Positions 19,975 to 30,483 of a DNA stretch of 53,837 nucleotides are shown here, in pieces. Position 1 is the stretch's first letter; every line of letters starts with the position of its first letter. The DNA is from Bacilli bacterium (lineage in GTDB: Bacteria; Bacillota_I; Bacilli_A; RF39; UBA660), in NCBI GenBank assembly GCA_017478105.1, contig JAFVEF010000006.1, positions 1 to 53,837 of the forward strand. The letters run 5' to 3'. Below the pieces are notes generated by a model. That model was not told the origin of the DNA, made no database searches, and was given only the letters and a program-made list of their open reading frames with translations. Made by a program: the position numbers and the translations under genes.

Positions 19975-20592
19975 CTATATAACTTGTTTAGAATCAATTA
20001 TTATTTCTATACTTTCTAAATAATTAGCATATATTGGATTAGTTGCATAACTAGTAGGAAAACTAACCTCTAAAGTATAAATATCTGTCGTTTTAGTAGT
20101 ATATGGAAGTTCATATTCACCTTGTGAGGTATATAATCTATACCAAGCCAAATCACTATCTTGTTGTGCTTCAGCTGAACCCAATATATTAGTTGCAGTA
20201 TTACTAGGTAATTCATTACGATACATCTTAATTAAAATAGGTAAATTAGTAGTAGTACGTACCTTTACTTTATAACTAATATCCATATCACTTAAAGTAG
20301 TCCCCTTAAAATTAGACACACTAAATTTATAAGTATAAGCCTCATCTCTAGGAATAATACCTTCTGGTTCTAAATTAAAACTAAGCTTTTCAGCATCAAT
20401 AATATAAATAGCTTTATCAATATCTGCATTAATTTTCGCAGCCATTTCATATCTAGCATAAACAACACTAAGTAAAAAATAAGCTAAAAATAAAACTACT
20501 AATAATAGAAACGCAAAAAGAAGAAATCTAAATTTCTCATTTTTATACTTAATATGAAATCTATAATTAATAGCCTTATTCACTATTCTCAC
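19975..20592 (-). CDS. SipW-dependent-like secreted protein
   Basis: TM then VYA|RY; camelysin-like F.VSN...D..Y pattern; terminal beta strand. Confidence 0.7.
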   Translation of the reverse strand: MRIVNKAINYRFHIKYKNEKFRFLLFAFLLLVVLFLAYFLLSVVYARYEMAAKINADIDKAIYIIDAEKLSFNLEPEGIIPRDEAYTYKFSVSNFKGTTLSDMDISYKVKVRTTTNLPILIKMYRNELPSNTATNILGSAEAQQDSDLAWYRLYTSQGEYELPYTTKTTDIYTLEVSFPTSYATNPIYANYLESIEIIIDSKQVI

Positions 20593-21225
20593 CTACCCAT
20601 TATATGGAACAATTTCTTCTCCTGTATATTGATATGCATGAAAATGTATTTCAAACAAATCATCTAATTCTTGATTATCTTCTTCTATTGCCTCCATATC
20701 CGTTAAAGCATCAAAGAAAAAGTCAACACTAATATTAATTTTTTCAGATAACTCACTAATTGGAATTATTCCAGTATATTCATCCTCTCCCGTTCTAGTA
20801 AATGTATGATCTGAAGTAATAGATGAAAATGTAAGTAACTTATCTTCATCAATTTGTTTATCTACAAATTTAAAAGTATAAATAATAGCAACTTCTGATC
20901 CAGTAGGATCTAATTCCATCGCAATAGTACCACTACTACCAGGAGATATTTTCTCTTCTCTTGTATGAGTAGATTCCCAGGTAGTATTATCTAAAATAAC
21001 ATTCTTATCAAGAGTTCCATCACTACCAATAACATCTTCTCCATTGATTTTAATACTTATTCCAGCAACATCATTTTTAACTCTAGCATCAACTAAACTT
21101 TCATATGCTGTATAAGTAAGAGATGCTCCCAAATATAAGAAGCAACCAATCAACACAACAATAAGAATAACGCGAATTTTATTAGCTCTTTTTCTTATAT
21201 CTTCCATATTATCTCCTATTATCAC
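20593..21225 (-). CDS. SipW-dependent-like secreted protein (paralogue of 13209; likely start MEDIRK)
   Basis: TYT|AY; ISIKING, KISPGSSG, SEVAI.Y motifs. Confidence 0.7.
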   Translation of the reverse strand: MIIGDNMEDIRKRANKIRVILIVVLIGCFLYLGASLTYTAYESLVDARVKNDVAGISIKINGEDVIGSDGTLDKNVILDNTTWESTHTREEKISPGSSGTIAMELDPTGSEVAIIYTFKFVDKQIDEDKLLTFSSITSDHTFTRTGEDEYTGIIPISELSEKINISVDFFFDALTDMEAIEEDNQELDDLFEIHFHAYQYTGEEIVPYNG

Positions 21226-21302
21226 AATTATAGCATAATAATAAATAATTTAAAATAAAAAAAAAGTAAAAAACCAATGAATAAATCATTGGTTTTATAG
21301 TT

Positions 21303-21893
21303 TTACAATACTTCAATATTATCAGTTTTCTTATTATTAGTAGGCTTATCATCACCATCATCTTCTTCATCTTCATTTCTTTCATACCTAATAATAACAA
21401 TAAACTCATATACTTGATAAATAAATACAACCATAATTGGAAGTAATACTAAGAATAAGAATCCGATTTTACTTTCCAAAACATCAAGTATAGCTCCTAA
21501 ATTAGAATGACGAGAAGCATACTTACCAAGAACTCTAGTTGATGCGATTGTAATACCATCCTCATCATTTAAAGTATAAAGATTAGTAAAATCATCTTTT
21601 TCAATTTTTGTAACAGCATTAGTTTTAATAACATATTTATCATTATAAACAGCATAATAATAAATCATATCACCAACTTTAATATCATTAGAATTCTTAA
21701 TAATTAGTAAGTCACCTTTTTTAACATCATGAATATTTCTCTCATCAGTCAAACTAATATTATCAAATGTATATTCACCAAATTGAGTAAATCCATGTTC
21801 ATTACGACATAATATAAAACAAGTAATCGCAATAACATAAACAATAATTATAACTTCAAATATAGACCAAACCCAATTTAAAAACCTTTTCAT
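21303..21893 (-). CDS. SipW-like protein lacking the catalytic Ser and His (pseudopeptidase)
   Basis: Same topology and FG.Y, KGDLLIIK, IKVGD.I.Y, VLGK, GFLFLVLLP motifs as 14569, but no GSM, THR or KGD. Confidence 0.72.
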   Translation of the reverse strand: MKRFLNWVWSIFEVIIIVYVIAITCFILCRNEHGFTQFGEYTFDNISLTDERNIHDVKKGDLLIIKNSNDIKVGDMIYYYAVYNDKYVIKTNAVTKIEKDDFTNLYTLNDEDGITIASTRVLGKYASRHSNLGAILDVLESKIGFLFLVLLPIMVVFIYQVYEFIVIIRYERNEDEEDDGDDKPTNNKKTDNIEVL

Positions 21894-21937
21894 ATAATCA
21901 CCATCCTAATAATAACATATATATTTTTCATTTTCAA

Positions 21938-24900
21938 TTACCCATCACTTTTTTTCTTAACAATAACATACCTAATATCTTCATCTATCAATTGATCATT
22001 ATCATACAATTTAAACGATATCCTATAAGTACCACTAGTAAGATTATCAGCCAAATCGAAATCAAAAGTTTTCTCAGTAGTAGAATCCATATTAATATAT
22101 ACCTCATTACCATGACCATATGCCTTACTAAATCTATTTGCGAACAAATTATTAAAATCAACTGATGTATAACTTGTTCCATCTATATCAGAAATATCAC
22201 GTTTATATACTTCAACTCTAAAATTAGGATTATTCAAATTAGCATTATATTTAACAGTATATTGATTTACTTTAGTATTGTTCATATTTAAAGAAGTTTC
22301 TCCATCTACTACTTTAAATAAATCATCACATTCTACTGTAATAGAATTATCATTATTAACTACATGTACTAAATAATCACTAGACACAGAATTTTCATAC
22401 GATGAATTATGTAATCCATCATCAGAAGCAAACAATGTATATCTAATTGTATAATCTTCCGGAGGTAAGTCTGAACTTACTGTTAAAGACACATTTTTAA
22501 CTAAGTTAGAAACTTTATCCGCCAGTTTAATTCTATATACCCCATCACTATCCGCAAAGTATTGCTTACGATCAAAGATTATACTAGTACCAACTAATAG
22601 TGATGAACTAACTGGATCACCATTTCTATCAAGAATACTAACATTAAGACCCATTTTACTAGATTCATAATTAGTATCAATAACAGATTCACGATTATCA
22701 GTTTCATTATATTTAATATCAGTTGAATAAGTAAATTCATCTGCAATATTATAATATAAATATTCTTCATTATCAGTTATAGTTTGTTCTAAGACAACGT
22801 TACTACTATTATAAAGATTAAAATACATTAAAGGTTCACGAATACCAAGAACATTATAAATAGTACGATCCTCAGGAGTTCTTAATTCAAATAACATATA
22901 ATTATCTAAATGTTGTCCTGTTGTAGTTGTTTCTTTAAAATCAAAGATAAACATAAACTCTTCATCGACTAATCCAGCTTCTTCATCATAATAAACATGA
23001 TTCATAACAGCATCATCATATCTATTATTAGTACTTGTACTATCCATTTTTATAAATTTACTTAACCTGTAAGTAATTTCATTATATTGAGCAAGTTGCT
23101 GGACAGAATCATTATAATCTTGTTGTGTAATTCTATAGTAATAATACTCTGGTCTATTAGTATTTCCACAGAAATCTAACATTGTAATCATTGTATTAAC
23201 AGGTAAAGCATAATTAGTAACTAATACATGGAAATATTCATTATTATTACCATATACTTTTTTAAAGTCATCATTCCATGATATTAGTGAATAATAAGTA
23301 CTAAATTGACTTTGATTAGTAATATTAACAGATGTAGAAGATGGCATTTCATATCTCTTATCATATGAAATAGAAGCATCATAACTATCAACATCAGATA
23401 TTTTCATAGCAGTAAGTGTAACAGTTACTGTAATAAATTTAATATCATAATCAATTTGATTCTTAGGGATATCAGCTCTTAAAGTAATAACTAAAGTTCC
23501 AAGTTTTCCATCACAATCAATATTCTTAGCATGATACAAGTAAAACATAAGCGAAGGAACTAATTGCCTACTATCAGTAGTATACTCTTCATTTCCTATA
23601 AAAGAGCCACCATCAGCACTTAAATATTTTGTAGTTCCACGACCAGTCCACTCTTGAGTTTCAGCTTTCATTGAAAGACCTAACACACCATTAGCTATTT
23701 CAGGAGTTTTAGCAACTCTTGGAACATCATTAGAATCAACTAAAGATATTTCAGGATTTAAACCACTAGTATCAGCACCCAATACTGTAAATATAGTATT
23801 ACCAGCAGCAAAGTCATCTAATTGTAATTCAGCAGTACCTAAAGATGAATACTTAGTTGCTAAAAGACTAACTTCATAACTAAAGGCTTCAAATCCGATT
23901 ATCCAACGATATCCTCTTTCACCTAACGTAGAAGGATTAATATATGCCGTAGAAACCTCAGTCAAATCATCATTCAAGAAATTAGAATAGAATCCATCTA
24001 AAGTAATATCATGATTAGTATGATGTAGCCCTTTTACATAACTACCACCAATAATTTCCATACTGGCATTTCCTCTATCACCATAATTAACTGATTGATC
24101 ATATAATCCAAAACGATAAGTACCATTATCATATGGAGTATACATTCCAAAGAAAGTCATACCAGTAACTTTACCATATGCTGTACCAGCAGGGTTTGTA
24201 GTTACATTTAAGTTTTGACCAGGAACCATATAAATACGATTATCTACATTCTTTGTAACAGTCTTATTATCATCATCAATACCAACAACAGCTGGAACAA
24301 CATTACTTCCTGAATCAACACCACTATATAATTCTTTTAATAAATTTGCATTGTGTTGAAGTAACAATGTAGTTCCATTTTTAATTGTCATCTTATCAAT
24401 AATGTTAAATGAATATTTAATATCAGAATACTCATTTGTTCTATCCGTAGTACCTTCAAGTTCTATTACTGAATGATCAATTACCAAGTTAGTAGCACGT
24501 TGAATAGAAATACTCTTATTAGGTTTTTCAAGTGTACCTAAATCTTTAACTAAAATATTAGAATCACCTGCTGATGAAGAAGCATTTCCTGAACCAAAGA
24601 TACTACCATTGATAATAAAGTCATGATCATTAGCAATATATCCAGCTCCGTTTATCGTTACATCAATACCTTTAGTAACAGAAATAAATGTCCAGTCATA
24701 TGTTTCACTACCACTAGCATTTGACTCACCACCACCAAATACAGTACCAGTTATTCTAATATCATCTTCTACTAGATCATTATTATTAACTGCACTAGTA
24801 CCGATATTTGTATGAGTAACACCATAAACGACTGCCATCTTAGGTCCACCGTAAACATTACCATGAACTATTCCACCTACTAAATTAACTGTAGCAACAG

Positions 24901-27900
24901 AATTATCAACACCAGAAACACCAGTAGAAGCCGCATTTCCTGAACCAAATACGCATCCAGCATCAGGAGCAACAGTACTAGCAGTTCCAACTTCTGTACT
25001 TCCATCTATTGTAATAGTAGAATTTCCACGAACAACAGCCGTAGAACCATTACCACCTGCAAATGCATTACCTAAAATATGAGCATCAGTAACAAATACC
25101 TCAGTATTTCCAGATACTGTCCCTTCATTACCGCCACCATATAAATTATTATTTATTGTAGAACCATTTATATCTACAACAGTATTACCAGTAACACCGG
25201 CAGCATTTCCACCACCATACAAGTCATTACAAATTAGTTTATGAGTTTCCACATTAGTATTACCAACAGTTGCTAAGTTACCACCACCGTACATAGTATC
25301 AACAACACCACCGATAGCATTAATATTAGCCGTACTTGTAACACCACCACGGTTATTTCCACCATAAACATTAGTTACATGAACATCAGGAACATATTCA
25401 TTTATTGGTCTGACAGGTTCCCCAGTAACATCAAATGAATTTAAATCAGTATCAGATAAAACACTGAAACTAAATGAATAACTACCACCTGGACTTAAAC
25501 TATTATAACCATAATAACGATTTACCGAATTAACAGTCGCAACTCCATTTTCAAGAGTAATATTAGATTGTGAATTGTTCGCAAATATTTGTGAACCAGG
25601 AACATTTAAAGATATTTCCCAATCTTGAATAGTCTCTATTGTAAGGTTCGTTACAGTAACATTTATTTCCGCATAAGTAGGTTTATTAGATTGTGGATAA
25701 TAACCAGGTGCACGTTTATTATAGTTTACAGTAACAGCTAAGTTATCAGAACCAAGTGTTACATTTGATGTAGTAATATTACCAGAATTATTAGAACCAC
25801 CATAAACATTTACTATATTTCCATTACCAATATTTACATGTGTATTTCCGACACCAGCTTCATTTCCTCCACCATAAACATTTGTTATATTTCCACCATT
25901 AACACCGACATTACTTGTAACACAATAAGCATTATCTCCTCCACCAAATAAATCAGTAACAGTAGATTTAATTGAAGTTATATTAGTTGTTGTTGTTTGT
26001 CCACCTTGATTATTTCCACCATAACCCTTAGTAATAGTAGAAGTATCAATTACAACATTACTTTCACCAACAGTACCACTTACATTAGATCCTCCAAATA
26101 CTTTATCACCAGTAACACCCGTTAAAGTAACATGAGTATCTGTAGCTCCGGCTTTTTTTCCTCCGCCATAAACACTATGAACACTACGATTAGTTACAGT
26201 GACATTTGTAGTTCCACTTTCAGCTTCATTTCCTCCACCATAAATATCTAAAGTTATTGTTGCAGCATTTCCATTAACAACAACATTGGTATTATTAGTT
26301 AAACCATCTAAGTTATTACCACCATATATCTCATTAACAGAACCACTAGAAACTGTAACATTAGATTGTGAAACAGTACCTAATAAGTTAGAACCTCCAT
26401 ATAAATTACCAGTAATAGTAGCTCCTTGAAGTCTAATATCAGTATAATCTTGATTGGCATTATTTCCTCCACCAAAAGCATCTCCGATTGTACCACCATT
26501 TAAGTATACAACGTCTCCATTACTTGGCTTTCCAGAGGCATCAAATCCACCAAATACTTTTCCAATTGAACCACCATTTACATTAACAGTTATATTTCCA
26601 ACAACCTTTGGTGATTTATCTCCACCTTTACCACCACCAAAGACATTATTAGTAACAACACCACCGTTAACAGTAACTGTTGTTGTAGCATTAGAAGTTG
26701 TAGAAGTTTCATTTATCGCATTAACTGTACCATAAGCACTACCACCATAAACATTTCCTTTTACTTGTCCGCTACTAATCGTAACAGCAACATTATCACG
26801 TACATAAGTACCAGGAGAATCACTGTCTGTATATCCACCTTCTCCACCGCCATAAACATCAGTTTTAACAGTACCTCCGTTTACAACAACATTAGTAGAT
26901 CCATAAACAATTCCTTTGGCACAACTTCCACCATAAACACTACCAGTAACTTCACCAGAATTTACAGAAATATTAATAGTCGAAGTAACATTGCTACTAC
27001 CACTACCATTATTATTTCCTCCACCGTAAACACTACCTTTTACGGTTCCACCATTTATATATATATTTGTAGAAGAAGCATTACCACTTTGAGCCACAAC
27101 AGCTCCGTAATTTCCTCCTCCATAAACATTTTTTCTAACATCTGCACTATCTTCAACAATTACTATAGAATTATTAACTGAACCTATTTGAGAGTAATTA
27201 CTATTACCATTACCGGCACCAAATACAGAACCAGATTCTATACCAAATCTTGTATCATTTTTTCCACCAACTTGGCAACTTCCACCAACACGTACCAGTG
27301 TACTACCATTTAATGTTCCTTTAGAACTACTACTATTACTTCCATTATAACCATTTGAACCACCAAAAACGCCATAATTAATAACTCCACCAGTAGCATT
27401 AATCAAACGATTTCCATGTGTTTCAGTAACAGCAGCTCCACCAAAGACAGCATCCATTTCACCACCTTTGATGTTAATATAAATCGCATTATAGTTTGTT
27501 AAATTAGTACTAATAAGTGGTCCACCATTTATATATAATACTTTCCCACCTTCAACTATTATTTCCGCAGGAGAGTAAATAGTACCACCATTTAATCCAC
27601 CTACATAAATTCCAGCAGCAGTATCAGTAGTATCTTCACCAAATGTACCACTCTTTATAATAGTTGTTATATATTTAGTAGCATTATTAGCTCCATAAAT
27701 ATAACCACCATATGATGAAGTAGCATTATAATAAACTCCAAGTTTTTCATGATCATTATTTATTCTATCAAAATCATTTCCATAAGTTGCAGTACCATCA
27801 ACATAATAAGTTGCTGAAGAATTATTAGTACTTACACCACTAAGATAATTATAATAACCTGATTCAACTATTAAACTATATTTAGTAGGGCTTCCACTAG

Positions 27901-30466
27901 AACCGGTACTATTATTTCTACCACCAACTACACCACGAGCATTTGAATAAGTACCTTCAACGTATTCAGGATTCCACCATGAACCAGCATTATAAGTACC
28001 AGTAGATATTGGAATTCCTCTACCAATTTTTAAATTATAAAAATTTCCATAAACATAATTATAATATGAACTAGAAGCACCACTACTACTAGGTTGAATA
28101 GATCCCGTATATAAATCACAGTATTCAATTCTAAGATCAGCTCCCGCATCAACAGAAGCACTACTCAAATCAATACTATAATTACTTCTATTAGAACCAT
28201 TATTTAAACCTGTAACAGTAACTGGAACATTATTAGTAAACCCATCAATATCACTTGTCAAATAAGCAATATTAGTATCTCTAGTTGCTAAATAATAATA
28301 ATCATAATTAGTATCTTCATTAAAAACATCAGTCTCATTATATTGAACTAATTCATAATAAGTACAACTACCACTACAAGTACCACTATTCTGATAAACA
28401 CCTTTATCGGTATACATTCCTGCATAACTTTGACCATTACTTAAATTTCTCTTTCTAAAATAACCCGCAACACTATCACCATCATTTAAGAAAGAATTAA
28501 TATCATAACCTGTTGGTGTAGGAAAATTATAAACATACATATTACGATTTGAAAGATAATAATAAGTTTTAGAAAAATCAACATCAGAAATATCAACCGG
28601 CATATAGAAAGTACATGTTTGAGAATAATATCTTCCTTGTCTACGATAAGGAGTACATGCTTGATTATTTAAAGAATTACCTCTATCATTAACTGCTCCA
28701 CTAGGATAAGTAACACCATAATAACTAGTACCACTCTCTATGGTTTCTCTAGAATAAAGAGTAGGAATAGTAACACTTGGATCAAAAATAGGAGTTCTAG
28801 TAGTTGTCGGATACATCCCAACATCCTTTAATCCAGTATCGTCCAAATATCCACTATTTACACTTGCAACTACACTACTAGCTTCAGTCCAAGAAGCATA
28901 CATAGTAATCGATATTTCACTTTGTGCAGGTACTGTAACATATCTAGTATAAGTATCCATATCTAACCTTACAACAGCACCTTCATAATCAGTAACCCAT
29001 CCATTAAAGGCTCTATCATTAGGTCTTGCTGCATAAGGATTATCAATTAATGGAATAGTAACATAGCCATTAACTATAGGATAATATTTATAATAAACAT
29101 AATCAGAATATCTATCACTAAGTGAAACATAACCAGTTAAAGTACTACCCTCAGTGATTTCAGTTCCCTTATAAGCAATATAAACTTTTGCTAAATTAGC
29201 ATCACTATATATATTTTGATTAGTACCAGATGGCATAGTACCATTATCACTATTAGTATAGTTTAATCCCATATAGTAATAATAATCTGCATCTAAATCA
29301 TTAACGTAAACAGTACCATTATCTAATCCAGAAGCATGAATAGATAAAGCTGGACTTCTCATAATTGAGAATGAAAATGATTTAGAAATAGGAGAAGATT
29401 GAACTACAACTTCTTTTTCTTCTTCTACAATAACTTTTTTAAGAATAAACTGATTATCAACATAATCCCAATATAAATCAACTAATTCTTCATTAAATAT
29501 AGTTTTTAAATCATCAAAACTAACCTTTTCATCACCCTTAGTAATTACACCTTCACTAAGTATGTATTGATTAGTAATTTTCTCATCTAAAATATTATTA
29601 TTCTCATTATTATTAACAACAATCTCACTAATAACATTCTCTACTTTACCTAAATTATTAGATATTATAGAAACACTATTATTTTTATTATTATCATTAA
29701 TTACTCCAATCAATGAAACATTCTTAACAAAAACTCCATCTCCACAACTACCAAGTAAAGCACTAATTACATTCTCACTACTACTTATACTTGCAGTATT
29801 TATATGAAAATTACTAATAGTAATATTTTTAAATTCAGAACTATAAGTTTTTTCAACAACCTCACTACTTTCTAATTCTTCTTCTTTTTCTTCTTTAGTA
29901 TTATCACTAATTCCAACTAATCCACCAATTACAACCTTTTCAAGTGTCTCATCAGGAATAATTGAATAGTTTGCGATAACTATATTATCGAAATAAGCAT
30001 CAACAGTTTTAGAAAACATTCCATAATAATTAGTATCCCCTATTTTTTGAGGCTTTTTAATTAAAAAGTTTTTAAAAGAGTACCCCTTCGCATCTAAATG
30101 CCCCTTAAATACACGCTCTTGATCTTCTAAAACAACCCCTAAAGGAGTTATTTCACGATCATTAAAATCTATATCATTATCTAGGACATAATATTTATCC
30201 TGATAAGCCAAAAAAGAGTCACCTTCAATTAACTCTTTAAAATACATATATTCGCTTGCATCACTAATTACATAAGGATTCTCCGCTGTACCATTACCAG
30301 CTTTAAATGACGTCGCAACTAAAACACCATCCCATCCTTCTTCCAGTGAACCAAATGTTATTTTTCCACTTACTAAAAAGTAAGATAAAAAAGAAGCAAA
30401 AACTAATAGAAAAGCAAATAAAACTCTAATAAATAGTTTTTTTATTTTCAATTTATTTACTTTCAT
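21938..30466 (-). CDS. Giant 2842-aa secreted adhesin (GLUG-like N-domain, Gly-rich beta-helix repeats, CBM2-like insert)
   Basis: Signal ending ITFG; WDG...GNGTAENPYVI; dozens of VYGGG/VFGG repeats; NVTVTN...DWEI...LSPGGSYSFSF module; no C-terminal anchor. Confidence 0.8.
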   Translation of the reverse strand: MKVNKLKIKKLFIRVLFAFLLVFASFLSYFLVSGKITFGSLEEGWDGVLVATSFKAGNGTAENPYVISDASEYMYFKELIEGDSFLAYQDKYYVLDNDIDFNDREITPLGVVLEDQERVFKGHLDAKGYSFKNFLIKKPQKIGDTNYYGMFSKTVDAYFDNIVIANYSIIPDETLEKVVIGGLVGISDNTKEEKEEELESSEVVEKTYSSEFKNITISNFHINTASISSSENVISALLGSCGDGVFVKNVSLIGVINDNNKNNSVSIISNNLGKVENVISEIVVNNNENNNILDEKITNQYILSEGVITKGDEKVSFDDLKTIFNEELVDLYWDYVDNQFILKKVIVEEEKEVVVQSSPISKSFSFSIMRSPALSIHASGLDNGTVYVNDLDADYYYYMGLNYTNSDNGTMPSGTNQNIYSDANLAKVYIAYKGTEITEGSTLTGYVSLSDRYSDYVYYKYYPIVNGYVTIPLIDNPYAARPNDRAFNGWVTDYEGAVVRLDMDTYTRYVTVPAQSEISITMYASWTEASSVVASVNSGYLDDTGLKDVGMYPTTTRTPIFDPSVTIPTLYSRETIESGTSYYGVTYPSGAVNDRGNSLNNQACTPYRRQGRYYSQTCTFYMPVDISDVDFSKTYYYLSNRNMYVYNFPTPTGYDINSFLNDGDSVAGYFRKRNLSNGQSYAGMYTDKGVYQNSGTCSGSCTYYELVQYNETDVFNEDTNYDYYYLATRDTNIAYLTSDIDGFTNNVPVTVTGLNNGSNRSNYSIDLSSASVDAGADLRIEYCDLYTGSIQPSSSGASSSYYNYVYGNFYNLKIGRGIPISTGTYNAGSWWNPEYVEGTYSNARGVVGGRNNSTGSSGSPTKYSLIVESGYYNYLSGVSTNNSSATYYVDGTATYGNDFDRINNDHEKLGVYYNATSSYGGYIYGANNATKYITTIIKSGTFGEDTTDTAAGIYVGGLNGGTIYSPAEIIVEGGKVLYINGGPLISTNLTNYNAIYINIKGGEMDAVFGGAAVTETHGNRLINATGGVINYGVFGGSNGYNGSNSSSSKGTLNGSTLVRVGGSCQVGGKNDTRFGIESGSVFGAGNGNSNYSQIGSVNNSIVIVEDSADVRKNVYGGGNYGAVVAQSGNASSTNIYINGGTVKGSVYGGGNNNGSGSSNVTSTINISVNSGEVTGSVYGGSCAKGIVYGSTNVVVNGGTVKTDVYGGGEGGYTDSDSPGTYVRDNVAVTISSGQVKGNVYGGSAYGTVNAINETSTTSNATTTVTVNGGVVTNNVFGGGKGGDKSPKVVGNITVNVNGGSIGKVFGGFDASGKPSNGDVVYLNGGTIGDAFGGGNNANQDYTDIRLQGATITGNLYGGSNLLGTVSQSNVTVSSGSVNEIYGGNNLDGLTNNTNVVVNGNAATITLDIYGGGNEAESGTTNVTVTNRSVHSVYGGGKKAGATDTHVTLTGVTGDKVFGGSNVSGTVGESNVVIDTSTITKGYGGNNQGGQTTTTNITSIKSTVTDLFGGGDNAYCVTSNVGVNGGNITNVYGGGNEAGVGNTHVNIGNGNIVNVYGGSNNSGNITTSNVTLGSDNLAVTVNYNKRAPGYYPQSNKPTYAEINVTVTNLTIETIQDWEISLNVPGSQIFANNSQSNITLENGVATVNSVNRYYGYNSLSPGGSYSFSFSVLSDTDLNSFDVTGEPVRPINEYVPDVHVTNVYGGNNRGGVTSTANINAIGGVVDTMYGGGNLATVGNTNVETHKLICNDLYGGGNAAGVTGNTVVDINGSTINNNLYGGGNEGTVSGNTEVFVTDAHILGNAFAGGNGSTAVVRGNSTITIDGSTEVGTASTVAPDAGCVFGSGNAASTGVSGVDNSVATVNLVGGIVHGNVYGGPKMAVVYGVTHTNIGTSAVNNNDLVEDDIRITGTVFGGGESNASGSETYDWTFISVTKGIDVTINGAGYIANDHDFIINGSIFGSGNASSSAGDSNILVKDLGTLEKPNKSISIQRATNLVIDHSVIELEGTTDRTNEYSDIKYSFNIIDKMTIKNGTTLLLQHNANLLKELYSGVDSGSNVVPAVVGIDDDNKTVTKNVDNRIYMVPGQNLNVTTNPAGTAYGKVTGMTFFGMYTPYDNGTYRFGLYDQSVNYGDRGNASMEIIGGSYVKGLHHTNHDITLDGFYSNFLNDDLTEVSTAYINPSTLGERGYRWIIGFEAFSYEVSLLATKYSSLGTAELQLDDFAAGNTIFTVLGADTSGLNPEISLVDSNDVPRVAKTPEIANGVLGLSMKAETQEWTGRGTTKYLSADGGSFIGNEEYTTDSRQLVPSLMFYLYHAKNIDCDGKLGTLVITLRADIPKNQIDYDIKFITVTVTLTAMKISDVDSYDASISYDKRYEMPSSTSVNITNQSQFSTYYSLISWNDDFKKVYGNNNEYFHVLVTNYALPVNTMITMLDFCGNTNRPEYYYYRITQQDYNDSVQQLAQYNEITYRLSKFIKMDSTSTNNRYDDAVMNHVYYDEEAGLVDEEFMFIFDFKETTTTGQHLDNYMLFELRTPEDRTIYNVLGIREPLMYFNLYNSSNVVLEQTITDNEEYLYYNIADEFTYSTDIKYNETDNRESVIDTNYESSKMGLNVSILDRNGDPVSSSLLVGTSIIFDRKQYFADSDGVYRIKLADKVSNLVKNVSLTVSSDLPPEDYTIRYTLFASDDGLHNSSYENSVSSDYLVHVVNNDNSITVECDDLFKVVDGETSLNMNNTKVNQYTVKYNANLNNPNFRVEVYKRDISDIDGTSYTSVDFNNLFANRFSKAYGHGNEVYINMDSTTEKTFDFDLADNLTSGTYRISFKLYDNDQLIDEDIRYVIVKKKSDG

Positions 30467-30483
30467 GTTCTCACTTCCTACTT

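Noticed and set aside
21209-21430. Same-strand alternative-frame ORF (likewise 21988, 34354, 50284)
   Set aside because: Out-of-frame overlaps with real genes, with Met/Leu/Ile-rich composition typical of shifted frames.
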